From assembly GCA_050613775.1 (NCBI GenBank), contig JBODTK010000152.1, positions 62,001-126,000 of the forward strand: a stretch of 64,000 nt of DNA, written 5' to 3'. The first letter of the stretch is position 1. Every line of letters starts with the position of its first letter. Under the pieces are notes generated by a model, which was not told the DNA's origin, did not search any database, and saw nothing but the letters and a program-made list of their open reading frames with translations. This document shows positions 49,792 through 61,371 of this stretch, in pieces. The translations under genes and the position numbers were made by a program. The DNA comes from Neocallimastix sp. 'constans' (lineage: Eukaryota).

Positions 49792-50784
49792 ATGTTGGAT
49801 GCTGCTAAAATCAAAAGAGAACTCCCACGCTTAGAAGATTATGGGAAAAATGTTCTCGAATGGGTGGATGATCTTAAGGAATACCTTCTTCTTTATGATA
49901 TTACAGAACCAAAGAAGGTATTCATTTGGGTACTTGCTGCCGTAGAAGATGATGTTAAAGACGCCGTTAAAGCATTAGCTATTCGGAGAAATGGAGAAGA
50001 ACGTTATCCCAAGTTCAGCGATATTCAAAAAGCGGTAGAAAGCTATCTAGAAATAACAGAGGGTGATAAATGGGCCATTTTACGAAACTTAATGATTGCA
50101 GAAGGTGAGTCATTAAAACAGTTTAACCACCGTTACAAAAAATTATATCACAATCTTAATCGGGACTACCAAAAGTTAATTACCGTTAAAGAATACAAGG
50201 ATTCCATTAGCTCTACTGTTTTTCCGTGTTCTCAAGTGTCTATTGCCAAGGTAGATACTTTACAGGAAGCATATGAAATTGCTGAGCTTGCGGAAACTAC
50301 CGAAAAAGAAATTCAAGAAAGAAATGAGGAATTACAACTAAAGAAGAAAAAGAGCTCAAGAAACACTACCATGGTTACGCAAAACAGAAGTTATATGACT
50401 AGCCACCCTATATACCAGAATTTCATAGAAAAGGAAGATAATTACCAATACAAGGATGAGTTAGGATATATAAAAACCCCTTTTGGTTACAATAGGAATA
50501 GTAATCGAAGATATCAACCAAGAAATTATTATTCTAAGCCAAATCCAATTTCAGATAGAAGATTTATGGGCAACCTGAGGACAGACAAGAAACAAATCTA
50601 TTTTAAAACTATTCCGAAAAGAGTAACATTTGATACTAACGATAAAGAAGCTAAAGATGAGCTTTCCAAGAAATCTAGTACTTTTAGGTGCTTTAGATGT
50701 AATCAACTTGGTCATAAGTCACCAGAATGTCCCTATACCTTCAAAGATCTAGCGGAAATGGAAGAAAAGGGACTTTTAAATTAG
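49792..50784 (+). CDS. E Gag
   Basis: 330 aa with CFRCNQLGHKSPEC knuckle. Confidence 0.92.
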   Translation: MLDAAKIKRELPRLEDYGKNVLEWVDDLKEYLLLYDITEPKKVFIWVLAAVEDDVKDAVKALAIRRNGEERYPKFSDIQKAVESYLEITEGDKWAILRNLMIAEGESLKQFNHRYKKLYHNLNRDYQKLITVKEYKDSISSTVFPCSQVSIAKVDTLQEAYEIAELAETTEKEIQERNEELQLKKKKSSRNTTMVTQNRSYMTSHPIYQNFIEKEDNYQYKDELGYIKTPFGYNRNSNRRYQPRNYYSKPNPISDRRFMGNLRTDKKQIYFKTIPKRVTFDTNDKEAKDELSKKSSTFRCFRCNQLGHKSPECPYTFKDLAEMEEKGLLN

Positions 50785-53700
50785 AGGATGGGAGAAGGAA
50801 AACTTCCAGTAAACAAACCAGCATACTTACAGCTAATCAAGAGCTGAATGACCAAGTCCATACTACAAATGCACATGCCGAAGTCGTTATTCCAGCAATA
50901 AAGAAGAACATCCCTAGAAACCAGAGAAATACTCCCTATGCTAAACCAAGGTCAATAAATAACTCTGATTTAAAAGAAAATCCAGTGCCTATATCAACCC
51001 CTGCTATGGTTTATAATTCACAACCACAACAACAAGAAAGAACTAAAAATACAAAAGTTAAGAAGAAGGAAAATGTCAACGCTATTACCAACCAACAAGG
51101 GAACTCCAACGACTTAGCCGAGAACAGGGAACCAGTAGATATGGAAATGAATCCAGGGGAGTCAGAACAAGTAACTAAAACTGCTAATACTTCTCGGTTA
51201 GATCAATTAGATTTGTCTTATTTAGCCGAGAAAAGAATAGAACCCGTTAAACGAAGTAATAAAGAGGAGAGGCTGAAAGAATTAAGAGAAGGTAGCCTGA
51301 ATGAAGATAAAGAACAAGACCTGGCTGAAAGGGTGACGAATCTAGAACGTCACATCCGCTTGATGGACGGGTTTGAAGAATATCTAATAGAGGACCTAGT
51401 GGATAAGGTAGCCGACACTGAAGTTGGTACCAAATTAGTCCATTTATTTGATCTCTTTCCAAAGTTTCGTTCGGCTTTCCAGAAGAAATTAAAGTTAAAG
51501 CCAAAAACAACATCAAAAACAATTACCAATGAAAGTGTGATCACTAATGCAGTAAATGTAATAAGTGAAAATAAAATCTCAAAAGTTTATGGGCAAATAG
51601 AAGGACAAAATGGCGAAATCTTTCTAGACTCTTGTGTTAGTATTAATATGGTTACTCGTGCTGCTTTGAAGAAGTATAAAATAAACAAAAAGCCAGTTGG
51701 AAACATCACCGAAATGATATTACAAGCATATATCAATACTACTATGTCTTCCGATATCTATGAACTAGAGATCTCTATAGGACCAGTAACTTTTAAAGAT
51801 TATTTCAGAGTTATTGAAAAGGACGATCTATTTGAATTATTAATTGGGGTAGATTCACTTAAGAAACATAAATTAATACTAAACTTTAATGATGATACGT
51901 TGTATACTACTGATAAAAATAATTTCCCAATAAGACTTGCATCAATTTATTACGATTTACGTTTAAATGCTGACGACGAAAATAATGAGACCTCAGAAGA
52001 AGTGGAAGAAGTAGATGCAAGTAAACCAGTAAATATAACCGTGTCCCTGATTACAGCAAATGAAGAGTCATTGGATAATAAGGAAACACGTGTTGAGAAA
52101 ATTATTAATTTAATCCCAAAAGTGGTTAAGGATCCAGTTACCAAGCTGTTCGAAGATTTTAAAGACATTTTGGCCATGAAAGCAGACGACTTGAAACCAA
52201 CCAAACTTCTACCACACAGGATCATACTCAAACCAGGAAGCAAGCCAGTCAAACGGCGAGCATACCGTTTATCGAAGATTCAGGCTCAAGCGTTAAAGAA
52301 AGAGTTAGAAAAATTGATAAACAATGGCCTGATAGAACCTTCCCACTCTCCTTGGTCCTCTCCAGTAGTATTAGTTTTAAAGAAAAATGGTCAATATAGA
52401 ATGTGCGTGGACTACCGGAGAGTTAACAGTTTAACAGAAAAGGATGCGTACGCTCTACCTCTCATTGACGATATCCTTAGTTACATTGGAAGGAATCAAG
52501 TTCTATCAACTATTGATCTATTTTCGGGTTACCACCAAGTGCCAATGTACCCGGAAGATCAAGAGATAACTTGTTTCACAACACTTTATGGAAATTATAA
52601 CTTTAAGGTCATGCCCTTTGGGTTGTGTAACGCTCCCGCAACCTTCCAAAGGGAGATGAATAGGATTTTTTTTAACTTAATTGGTAAGAGCGTTTTTGTT
52701 TACATTGACGACTTGGTTGTTTTCTCTCCTTCTTATGAACAGCATGTTAAGGATCTTAGCGAGGTTTTCACCATACTACAAGATAACGGATTGAAGTTGA
52801 ACTTGGAAAAATGCCATTTCTTTCAAGAAGAAGTGGAATTGTTAGGTCACGTCTTATCTACCAAAGGTATACAACCAATTCCTGAAAAGGTGAATGTTAT
52901 TTATAATTGGATCCCTCCAAAAGATGTATCTAAACTTCGTTCATTTCTAGGAGCAGTTGGGTATTATCGAAAGTTTATTAAGGACTTTGCCCAAATTGCC
53001 AGTCCACTTTTTCAGTTGTTAAAGAAAGATTCAAAATTTGAGTGGACTAAGGAATCCGACTTAGCTTTTAAGACTCTCAAAGAAAGATTAATACAGGCCC
53101 CTATACTAATACCACCGGATTTCAATAAACCATTCATTATAAGAAGCGATGCATCTCGTACTGGAATTGGAGGCGTCATCATACAAAAGGATGATAATGG
53201 AGTTGAGAAACCAATTCATTATGTTAGTAGAGCGCTGCGGAAGGCTGAAACTAACTATAGTGTTACCGATTTAGAGGGAACTGCAGCATTATACTGCATA
53301 AAGAAATTTAAATATTATATTTTAGGAAATAACTTAGTTACTTCATTGGTGACGGATCACAAACCCCTAGTTGGAATCTGCAATAATACGGAGCCCTCTA
53401 ATAACCTCCATTTAAAGTGGGTAACTACGTTAAGTGCTCTTCAGGTTAAGGTTCAATTTGAGGAGGGAAGGAAGAATGTTATTGCCGATGCTCTGTCCAG
53501 GATGGATACTATGAAAAAAATAGAAGAATTGGAGAAGAAAGGTAATGAAGTGGTACTCGTCTCGCAAAATATTGAAGATTTTATCAAGAGTAGAATCGTC
53601 GAAATAGAAGGAAAGAAATATTATAAACAAAACGGAAGACTTAGGAAAATAGTTGACAACGAAGAAGAAAAGTTAAAGTTGATTGAAGCTGCTCATGCCA

Positions 53701-54707
53701 TAGGTCACGAAGGTATTTATAAAACATACCATCGGTTGAAACCCAATTATTATTGGAAAGGAATGAATAGAGAAATCCAAACCTATATTAGATGCTGCCC
53801 AAAATGCCAAATGTATAAACGCCAAAAGCAAAATGAAAATGTAGAAAACTTACCAACCAAGCCGGGATACCCATTCTCCAGAGTCGGATTGGATCTTGTT
53901 GGACCGTTACCAAAGACAAGAGCTGGGAACAAATATATAATAGTCTTAGTGGACTATTTAACTAAATGGGTGGAAGCTGAACCATTAAAGGAAATTGGTT
54001 CAAATGATGTAATAAGATTTCTAAAAAAAGTATTTGCTCTTCATGGGGTTCCTGAGCTGTTGATTACAGATAATGGGCCACAGTTTTACTCAGATAAGAC
54101 CAAAGCTTTTTTGGATCTCCATGATGTTTACGTAAATTATGCAACTACGTACCACCCCTCGACCAATGGAGAAGTCGAAAACAGGAACAAGGAAGTTATT
54201 AAGTATTTAAAATTATTAGCCAACGAAGAAGATGATTGGGATGAGATTCTACCCAGTGCTTTGTGGGCCTTGAGGACATGCAAAAATGAAAGAACAAAGT
54301 TTAGTAGTTTCGAACTATTGTATGGACGCCAAGATCTACAACCATTGGAATTAACATTAAATAAGGAAAGTAGGAATAAATATGAAAAGGAAGAAGAATA
54401 TTGGCTCCAGAAATTCATACAACACCACAAGTGGATCAAGGAAGCAGTAGAAAATATCGAGACTGCAAATAAACTATGGAGTGACCGCCGTAAACAAATA
54501 AGAAGAATGCGTTCGTATTATAAACCAGGGGATCTAGTATTAGTCAAGGTTTTCAATAGAAGAAAGTTAGATCCATACTTTACCGGACCTTTAAAAATAA
54601 TAAAAAAGGAGTTCAACACCGTTACTGTCTGTGACCCGATATCTGGGGAAATTGCTGAAAGAAATATACACTTAAAGAACGTAATTCCCTATTTTTCTGA
54701 ATTATAA
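50775..54707 (+). CDS. E Pol (PR-RT-RH-IN), -1 frame, no chromodomain
   Basis: Open 1326-codon frame; FLDSCVS (atypical protease motif), YIDD, SDAS, HHCC, ITDNG..E. Confidence 0.92.
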   Translation, partial: FKLEDGRRKTSSKQTSILTANQELNDQVHTTNAHAEVVIPAIKKNIPRNQRNTPYAKPRSINNSDLKENPVPISTPAMVYNSQPQQQERTKNTKVKKKENVNAITNQQGNSNDLAENREPVDMEMNPGESEQVTKTANTSRLDQLDLSYLAEKRIEPVKRSNKEERLKELREGSLNEDKEQDLAERVTNLERHIRLMDGFEEYLIEDLVDKVADTEVGTKLVHLFDLFPKFRSAFQKKLKLKPKTTSKTITNESVITNAVNVISENKISKVYGQIEGQNGEIFLDSCVSINMVTRAALKKYKINKKPVGNITEMILQAYINTTMSSDIYELEISIGPVTFKDYFRVIEKDDLFELLIGVDSLKKHKLILNFNDDTLYTTDKNNFPIRLASIYYDLRLNADDENNETSEEVEEVDASKPVNITVSLITANEESLDNKETRVEKIINLIPKVVKDPVTKLFEDFKDILAMKADDLKPTKLLPHRIILKPGSKPVKRRAYRLSKIQAQALKKELEKLINNGLIEPSHSPWSSPVVLVLKKNGQYRMCVDYRRVNSLTEKDAYALPLIDDILSYIGRNQVLSTIDLFSGYHQVPMYPEDQEITCFTTLYGNYNFKVMPFGLCNAPATFQREMNRIFFNLIGKSVFVYIDDLVVFSPSYEQHVKDLSEVFTILQDNGLKLNLEKCHFFQEEVELLGHVLSTKGIQPIPEKVNVIYNWIPPKDVSKLRSFLGAVGYYRKFIKDFAQIASPLFQLLKKDSKFEWTKESDLAFKTLKERLIQAPILIPPDFNKPFIIRSDASRTGIGGVIIQKDDNGVEKPIHYVSRALRKAETNYSVTDLEGTAALYCIKKFKYYILGNNLVTSLVTDHKPLVGICNNTEPSNNLHLKWVTTLSALQVKVQFEEGRKNVIADALSRMDTMKKIEELEKKGNEVVLVSQNIEDFIKSRIVEIEGKKYYKQNGRLRKIVDNEEEKLKLIEAAHAIGHEGIYKTYHRLKPNYYWKGMNREIQTYIRCCPKCQMYKRQKQNENVENLPTKPGYPFSRVGLDLVGPLPKTRAGNKYIIVLVDYLTKWVEAEPLKEIGSNDVIRFLKKVFALHGVPELLITDNGPQFYSDKTKAFLDLHDVYVNYATTYHPSTNGEVENRNKEVIKYLKLLANEEDDWDEILPSALWALRTCKNERTKFSSFELLYGRQDLQPLELTLNKESRNKYEKEEEYWLQKFIQHHKWIKEAVENIETANKLWSDRRKQIRRMRSYYKPGDLVLVKVFNRRKLDPYFTGPLKIIKKEFNTVTVCDPISGEIAERNIHLKNVIPYFSEL

Positions 54708-54790
54708 CCAATTAAAGGACTTCAAGGGACGAAGTCTACTCTTAAGAGGGGACGTCTTGGAACGTTACGTTCAGAAAAATATGAATTTCT

Positions 54791-54863
<73 letters not shown>

Positions 54864-55226
54864 AAATTATTTAAATTTATATTTAATTAGTTTATATGAA
54901 TAAGTAAATAAATAATGATATTTATTTAACAAACAATTAAATTATTAAATTAAAGTATATTTTTAATTAAAAGTTAGTATTTTTATTTATGTAAATAATA
55001 AACTAAATAGTTAAATAATTTTAAATTACTAATATTTCTAAATAATATGTATTTAAAATAAATATTTTTAATTATTTTTAATATGTATTTAAAATAGATA
55101 TTGTTTATTATTTTTAAGGTATATTTAGTTAAAATATATTAATTCAATTTATATTAACAATTAAATTGTATAAAAATTATAAAATAAAAATTAGGAAAAT
55201 AATCAAATAGTATAAAAAAATATTAA

Positions 55227-55269
<43 letters not shown>

Positions 55270-55393
55270 ATATATAAATAGGAAATTTTACAAAAATAAA
55301 TTTTTAGGAAAAAATAATAATATTAATAAAATAAAATAAAAATAAATAAAATATTATAAAAATAATTAATATAGAGCATTACGTCCCAGTTAT

Positions 55394-56891
55394 TGATACG
55401 GGGTGTCACTAAATACCTTGTATTTCCTATTAAATACTCTTAATAATAATAAAATAAAATTATTATTAAATATTCTTATTAAAATCTTTTATTAATATCA
55501 AATATAATAAAAATTATTATTAAATATTCTTATAAATTTCTTTTATTAATATTAAATATAATAAAAATTATTATTAAATATTCTTATAAAATTCTTTTAT
55601 TAATATTAAATATAATAAAAATTATTATTAAATATTCTTATAAAAATCTTTTATTAATATTAAATATAATAAAAATTATTATTAAATATTCTTATTAAAA
55701 TCTTTTATTAATATCAAATATAATAAAAATTATTATTAAATATTCTTATAAAAATCTTTTATTAATATTAAATATAATAAAAATTATTAAATATTCTAAT
55801 AAAAATCTTTTATTAATATTAAATATAATAAAAATTATTATTAAATATTCTTATTAAAATCTATTATAATAAAAATTATTATTAAATATTCTTATAAAAT
55901 TCTTTTATTAATATCAAATATAACAAAAATTATTATTAAATATTCTAATTAAAATCTTTTATTAATATCAAATATAATAAAAATTATTATTAAATATTCT
56001 TATAAAATTCTTTTATTAATATCAAATATAATAAAAATTATTATTAAATATTCTTATTAAAATCTTTTATTAATATCAAATATAATAAAAATTATTATTA
56101 AATATTCTTATTAAAATCTTTTATTAATATCAAATATAATAAAAATTATTATTAAATATTCTAATAAAAATCTTTTATTAATATTAAATATAATAAAAAT
56201 TATTATTAAATATTCTTATTAAAAATTATATAATATTTAAATCATTATTAATTCTTATTTTTATATTAAGAATAATAAAAACCTATTTCAATAAATATTT
56301 GATATAAAATACAGAATTATAAGTTTCTGTATAATATTTTCTAAACCTTTGAAATAAACTAAAAATAAATCAAAAATCAAAAATAAATTAAATCTTTATT
56401 AAAAATAAAAATGAACTAAAATACAGAATTTCAATAATAAAAAAATGATCTAAAATACAGAAAATATCAATTCTGTATAATTCTCTCTCTGAAAAACAAT
56501 ATCAAGAAGAAGCTACCGCCCGGAATGCCCTTCGTGATACAATCTCCAAATTAATTTTTTATATTTTAATTTAATAAATGTTATTTTTTTTTTTTAAAAA
56601 ATAATTTAAAATAATAGTTAAAAATTAAAATAAAATAGTTATAATAGTTTTTTTTTTAAAGAATATATTAATAATAAATAAAATGTATTAAAATAAAAGT
56701 ATAAAAAGAAGAATAAATTTCTTTCTTTTTAATACTGGGAACAAATAATTTTAATTTTAAATTTAAATAAAGAATATTTTAAAATTTAATTTTTTTTTTT
56801 CTTGTTTCCAAACTTATTTTTATAGTTATGTGTTAATATTTATTTTTTTTTTGTTTTGAATATCTTAGTGTTTCAACCCCAGCCCGTATCA
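55394..56891. mobile_element. Solo LTR L (1.5 kb) containing a 54-bp tandem array (about 55450-56225)
   Basis: tgatacggg...cccgtatca perfect 9-bp inverted ends; TSD ttat. Confidence 0.82.
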
Positions 56892-56895
56892 TTAT

Positions 56896-57932
56896 TGATA
56901 AATAACAAAATTATTAAATTAAAATAAATAATAAAAAAACAAATTCTGTCTAACTTAACCCAAAAATTAATCCATTCTAAAAAAAAAAATTAAATCCATA
57001 TTTAAGAAAAATTAATTAAATAAAAATAATTAAAATAAAATAATAATAAATTAATTAATCATTAATAATTTTAATTAAAAACTAAAATAAATTAATAAAT
57101 AATATTTTTCTAAGACTACAAATAAACAAAATAATAAACATATTTAATAAATTATAAACAACAAATAAACAAACTTATAAACAACGCAAAATTAAAATTA
57201 AATAGTTAAATAATTTTTTAAGTTACTTTTATTTAAAATAATGATTATTTTATTTATTTTATAACTCAACTTTTATAAACAAATTGTAATTAAAATAACA
57301 TTTTAAAACTCATCTTTATCAACATTTTAATTGTAAATATTGTTTAATTTAATAATAAATTATTCTTTATTTCTCTTTTATTAATTTTATTATTTTTAAT
57401 GTAAATAGTTTAAAATCAAAGAAAAATATAAAAACATGTAAATATTTCTTATAAATTATTCTTTATTATTAATTAGTTAATAAATTATTATAAATATTTT
57501 ATTAGTTTTAATAATCAAAAAGTATGATTATTAATTATTTAATAAATTATTATAGATATTTTATTAGTTTTTAATAATCAATTTTTATGATTATTAATTA
57601 TTTTTGATAAATTATTATATATTTTATTAGTTATTAATAATCAATTTTATTATTAAAATTTAAAATAAATTAGTATAAGTAATAAATATTTCATTTTATT
57701 ATTTTATTAGTTTTAACAATTATTTTATTAATTTAAACAAAATTAATTATTAAATAAATAAAGATTAATATTAAAATAAAAATAAATTTTTTTAATAAAA
57801 CATTTTTGTGTTTAATAATAAAACATATTTATTTTTTTTAAATTTCTTAAATCAATTTTATTCAGTATTTATCCTTTTATTCACTTCTACAAAATTTAAT
57901 TTTTGTAGATTAAGAATATTAGGTATAAATCA
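56896..57932. mobile_element. Solo LTR M
   Basis: tgat...atca ends; TSD ttat on both sides. Confidence 0.75.
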
Positions 57933-57936
57933 TTAT

Positions 57937-58655
57937 TGATACGGAACTAACTAATAATTCGTATTATACTATTGGAAATTATAATTAAGTTTAATAACTT
58001 TATGTATTAAATATTTTAAACTATTTTTATAATTCCAAAATTTTATTCTTAATTTAAAATAATTATATAAATTATCAAATTAAATTGATTAATGACTAAT
58101 TATTAAAAAATCATTATTTAATTAAATTGATTAATGACTAATTATTAAAAAATTATTATTTAATTAAATTGATTAATGACTAATTATTAAAAAATCATTA
58201 TTTAATTAAATTGATTAATGACTAATTATTAAATAATTATTATCTTATATTAATTAAATTGTTTTATTATTATATTTAATTATTATTAATATTAAATTGT
58301 TTCAAGAATTATATTATCAAAAATATTACCAATAATTTTATTGTTAAATTTTTTAATTTTATCATTAATAATATTTGTCATTAAAGATAATATTAATTAT
58401 ATTAGTATTAATATTTTTATTATTAAAATAACTCTTAAAAAATATTATTTAAAATCACATGTAATAATTATACTAATAAGAATTAAAATAATTTAAATTA
58501 TTATAAAAATTCATGTAGTAAAAAAGTATAAAAGAAAAAGAAAATACTTAATAAAAAATCAGGAGTTAAAAAAATAAAAAAAACTGGAAATTGAAATTAA
58601 ATTATTAATATATTATTTTCATTTTTTTTTTGAAGTTTATTGTGTACCTGCACCA
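57937..58655. mobile_element. Solo LTR H2
   Basis: Same family as H1; TSD ttat on both sides. Confidence 0.88.
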
Positions 58656-58660
58656 TTATG

Positions 58661-59561
58661 TGTAAGAAATACAAATAAATTTATTAATAATTCATTTACA
58701 TTTCTTAGTTATTATAATTTATTTAATTTAATATTTATTTATTCATTTAATAATATAGTCATTTTATTTAACTTTATATTTATTTATTCATTTAATAATT
58801 ATAGTTATTTTATTTAATTTTATAATTATTTATTCACTTATATTTATATATTAGTTTAGAAAACAATATTAAGGTTTTTCCCAAGTTAATTGGTTTTACT
58901 TAATATTGATTCATCTAGAGTTTTTCCGCTAATCTTTTCTCTAGATGTAAAAAAGTTAAGGTTAGCAAAACTTTCAATAAATTATTTAATTTTATATTTT
59001 TTTTGGTTAATTATAATTTTTAATTTTAAATATACTACTTCCTATATAATAATGAATTTATACAAATTCATTAAGTAAAGGGAGCAATGTAAGAAACTTA
59101 GATAAATTTATTATAAAATTTATCTATCTTTCTCATTTAATGCATTAATTTAATACATTAAATTATTGTATTTATTTTAACCAATAATATTTAATTATTA
59201 ATTTATATATATCTGATTCTCTTGAGTTCTCTTCGAGAAATCAAGAGTTATTATTTTAGAATTTTTATAATAAATAATAATTCAAATAAAATAATTAATT
59301 AATAAAACAAAACCCTTTTAATAAAACATTTTTTATAAATATTTGTGTCTTTTATTCCTTTTGTGTTATTGTTTATTATAAACTTTCTATAATAAACTCT
59401 ATCTTATATTTAAGTTAAGTATAATTATTTATTTATATTATTTTATATTTATTTAATTATATTTAATTTTATTTTCTCAAATTAATGTTAATTAGTAATA
59501 ATTAATGTTAATTTGTAGTTAAGAAATTATTTATAATTAATTTTATAAGTAATTTCTTACA
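58661..59561 (+). mobile_element. Solo LTR N (B family, with an internal PPT-LTR junction)
   Basis: tgtaagaaat...atttcttaca; TSD ttatg on both sides. Confidence 0.82.
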
Positions 59562-59568
59562 TTATGTG

Positions 59569-60402
59569 TGTTAGAAATTGAAATAAAATTTCTTTTATAT
59601 CAATTTCTAATCTACAATTTTATATTAATAATATTATTATTAACTAAAATTGAGAAATTTAAATTTGTTTTATTAAAATAAATCGAGTTTATTATAAGAA
59701 AATTTAAATAAATTTAATTTTTTTTAAGATTAAAAAAGAATAAATTTGTTGTTATTAATTTATAAAATTTTATTGTTATTATTATTTTTCTTATAATAAT
59801 AACTCTTAATTTCTAAAAGAACTTAAGAGTCTCTATTTATACTTTTTCAAAATTTTAAATTAAATATTGTCTAATCTTAACAAATTTCTTATTTAGGAAA
59901 AGATTAGAAGAAAAACCTAAATAAGTTTCGATTAATATTCTAAACATATTAATCATCGGATCATTAAGTAAAACCGATACCAATCAGTATTCGGGAAAAC
60001 CTTAAAGATCGATTTTCTAATTATTTTTATAATAAATAATTTTAATTAAATGTCCAAAATAAATAATAAAAAAAAATTAAAAATTGAAAAAATTTGTCCA
60101 AATTTAGAAAAAATTTTTTGTTATGAAAAATTTTAAATAATTTTTGATTATGTCTAAACATTTAAATAACAATTATAACGAATAAATATTAACTAATATT
60201 AATAAAATTTTTAATTATTAAGTTTAACTAATAATTGGTTAACTACTCCTAATTTTTAAATAATTTTACATGTAATAGTTATAGTACATTGTTACAAAAT
60301 AAATAATGATAATGTAAAAATAATGTATTTCTAATTATTAAGTATTTAATACATAATAAGAAATAATAATTAAAATTTAAAAATTTATTATTATTTCTTA
60401 CA
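59569..60402 (-). mobile_element. Solo LTR O (B family)
   Basis: tgttagaaat...atttcttaca; TSD atgtg on both sides, which duplicates the TG of P. Confidence 0.85.
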
Positions 60403-60405
60403 ATG

Positions 60406-61371
60406 TGATAAAGAATGCCCAAATAATGTTCTTTTGGTTATGCATCTTAAATGATTCATTTAACCCTTAAACAAATTATTTGATTCTTTATTCTTTTGGA
60501 ACTTTCTATATTCTAATAAATTAATCTATATTCCTAATTAGTACAAATTAAATTATACTATTTAAAAAAGTATATTTAATATTAATTCCTTATCTATGCT
60601 ACCTTTATTATTCTTATCTATATTTTATTATTATTAAAATCCTTATCAATATTATATAGTTTATTTTATCAATTTTCTTTATAGTTTATCAAAATCTTAT
60701 CAATATTTCTTTTATTAATATTAAACTTATCAATATCAATTATTTCTTTGGAAAATTCCAAATTAAAAAATTGTATTAATGATTACTAATAAAAGATTAA
60801 ACATAAAAAGAAATAATTATATTATTATTATATGTTTTATTATAAATATTATATTATAAATTTGATGAAATGATTATAAATTTTATATTAATAATTTAAA
60901 TAATATTATTTTTCTAAACTTAGTAAAATTAAACTTTAGGATTAAATAAATATTACTAAACCACAGAATTAACTTCTGTAAAATAAAAAAATTTGTCTTT
61001 TAAAATATATAATTAAGTAGATTAGTAATAAATAATTAGTAATAGATTAATATATAAGTATTATTTATTATAAGTTAAAGAATAATTATATTAATAATAA
61101 AAAATTAATATAAAATGTTTAATAATTAATTTTTATTATACAAAGAAATGGCTTTACCATTTCTATTATTTTAAGAAAAAAAAAATATAAATAACAGTAA
61201 AAAAATTGTATTTTTTTATATTGTAATTTAATATTGTAATTTTTAAATAAAATTTTAATAAAGGATTTATAAAACAAAAATTTATTTTGTTTATTAATTT
61301 TCTTGTTTGTTTATTTTTTATTGTTTATATTAATACTTATTTTTATTTTTCCCTCTCTCCGAACCTTAACA
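60406..61371. mobile_element. Solo LTR P; oldest member of the stack
   Basis: tgataaag...ccttaaca; right TSD tatg, followed by the last 12 nt of G. Confidence 0.8.

Larger units (their letters stand above)
49064..55388 (+). mobile_element. Element E: full-length Ty3/gypsy related to D, ORFs open
   Basis: LTRs 49064-49653 and 54758-55388. Right TSD gttat. PBS tggtggagaatccgggc (49660-49676, resembles a tRNA-Ala 3' end). PPT aagaggggacgtct. Confidence 0.95.

Noticed and set aside
15048..54439. Numerous 60-140 aa ORFs overlapping gag/pol in other frames or strands
   Set aside because: No recognisable motifs; expected by-products of long coding regions.
46308..58655. H1 and H2 as the two LTRs of one element
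   Set aside because: Each has its own TSD (atgt; ttat), there is no PBS or PPT, and everything between them is accounted for by other TSD-bounded units.
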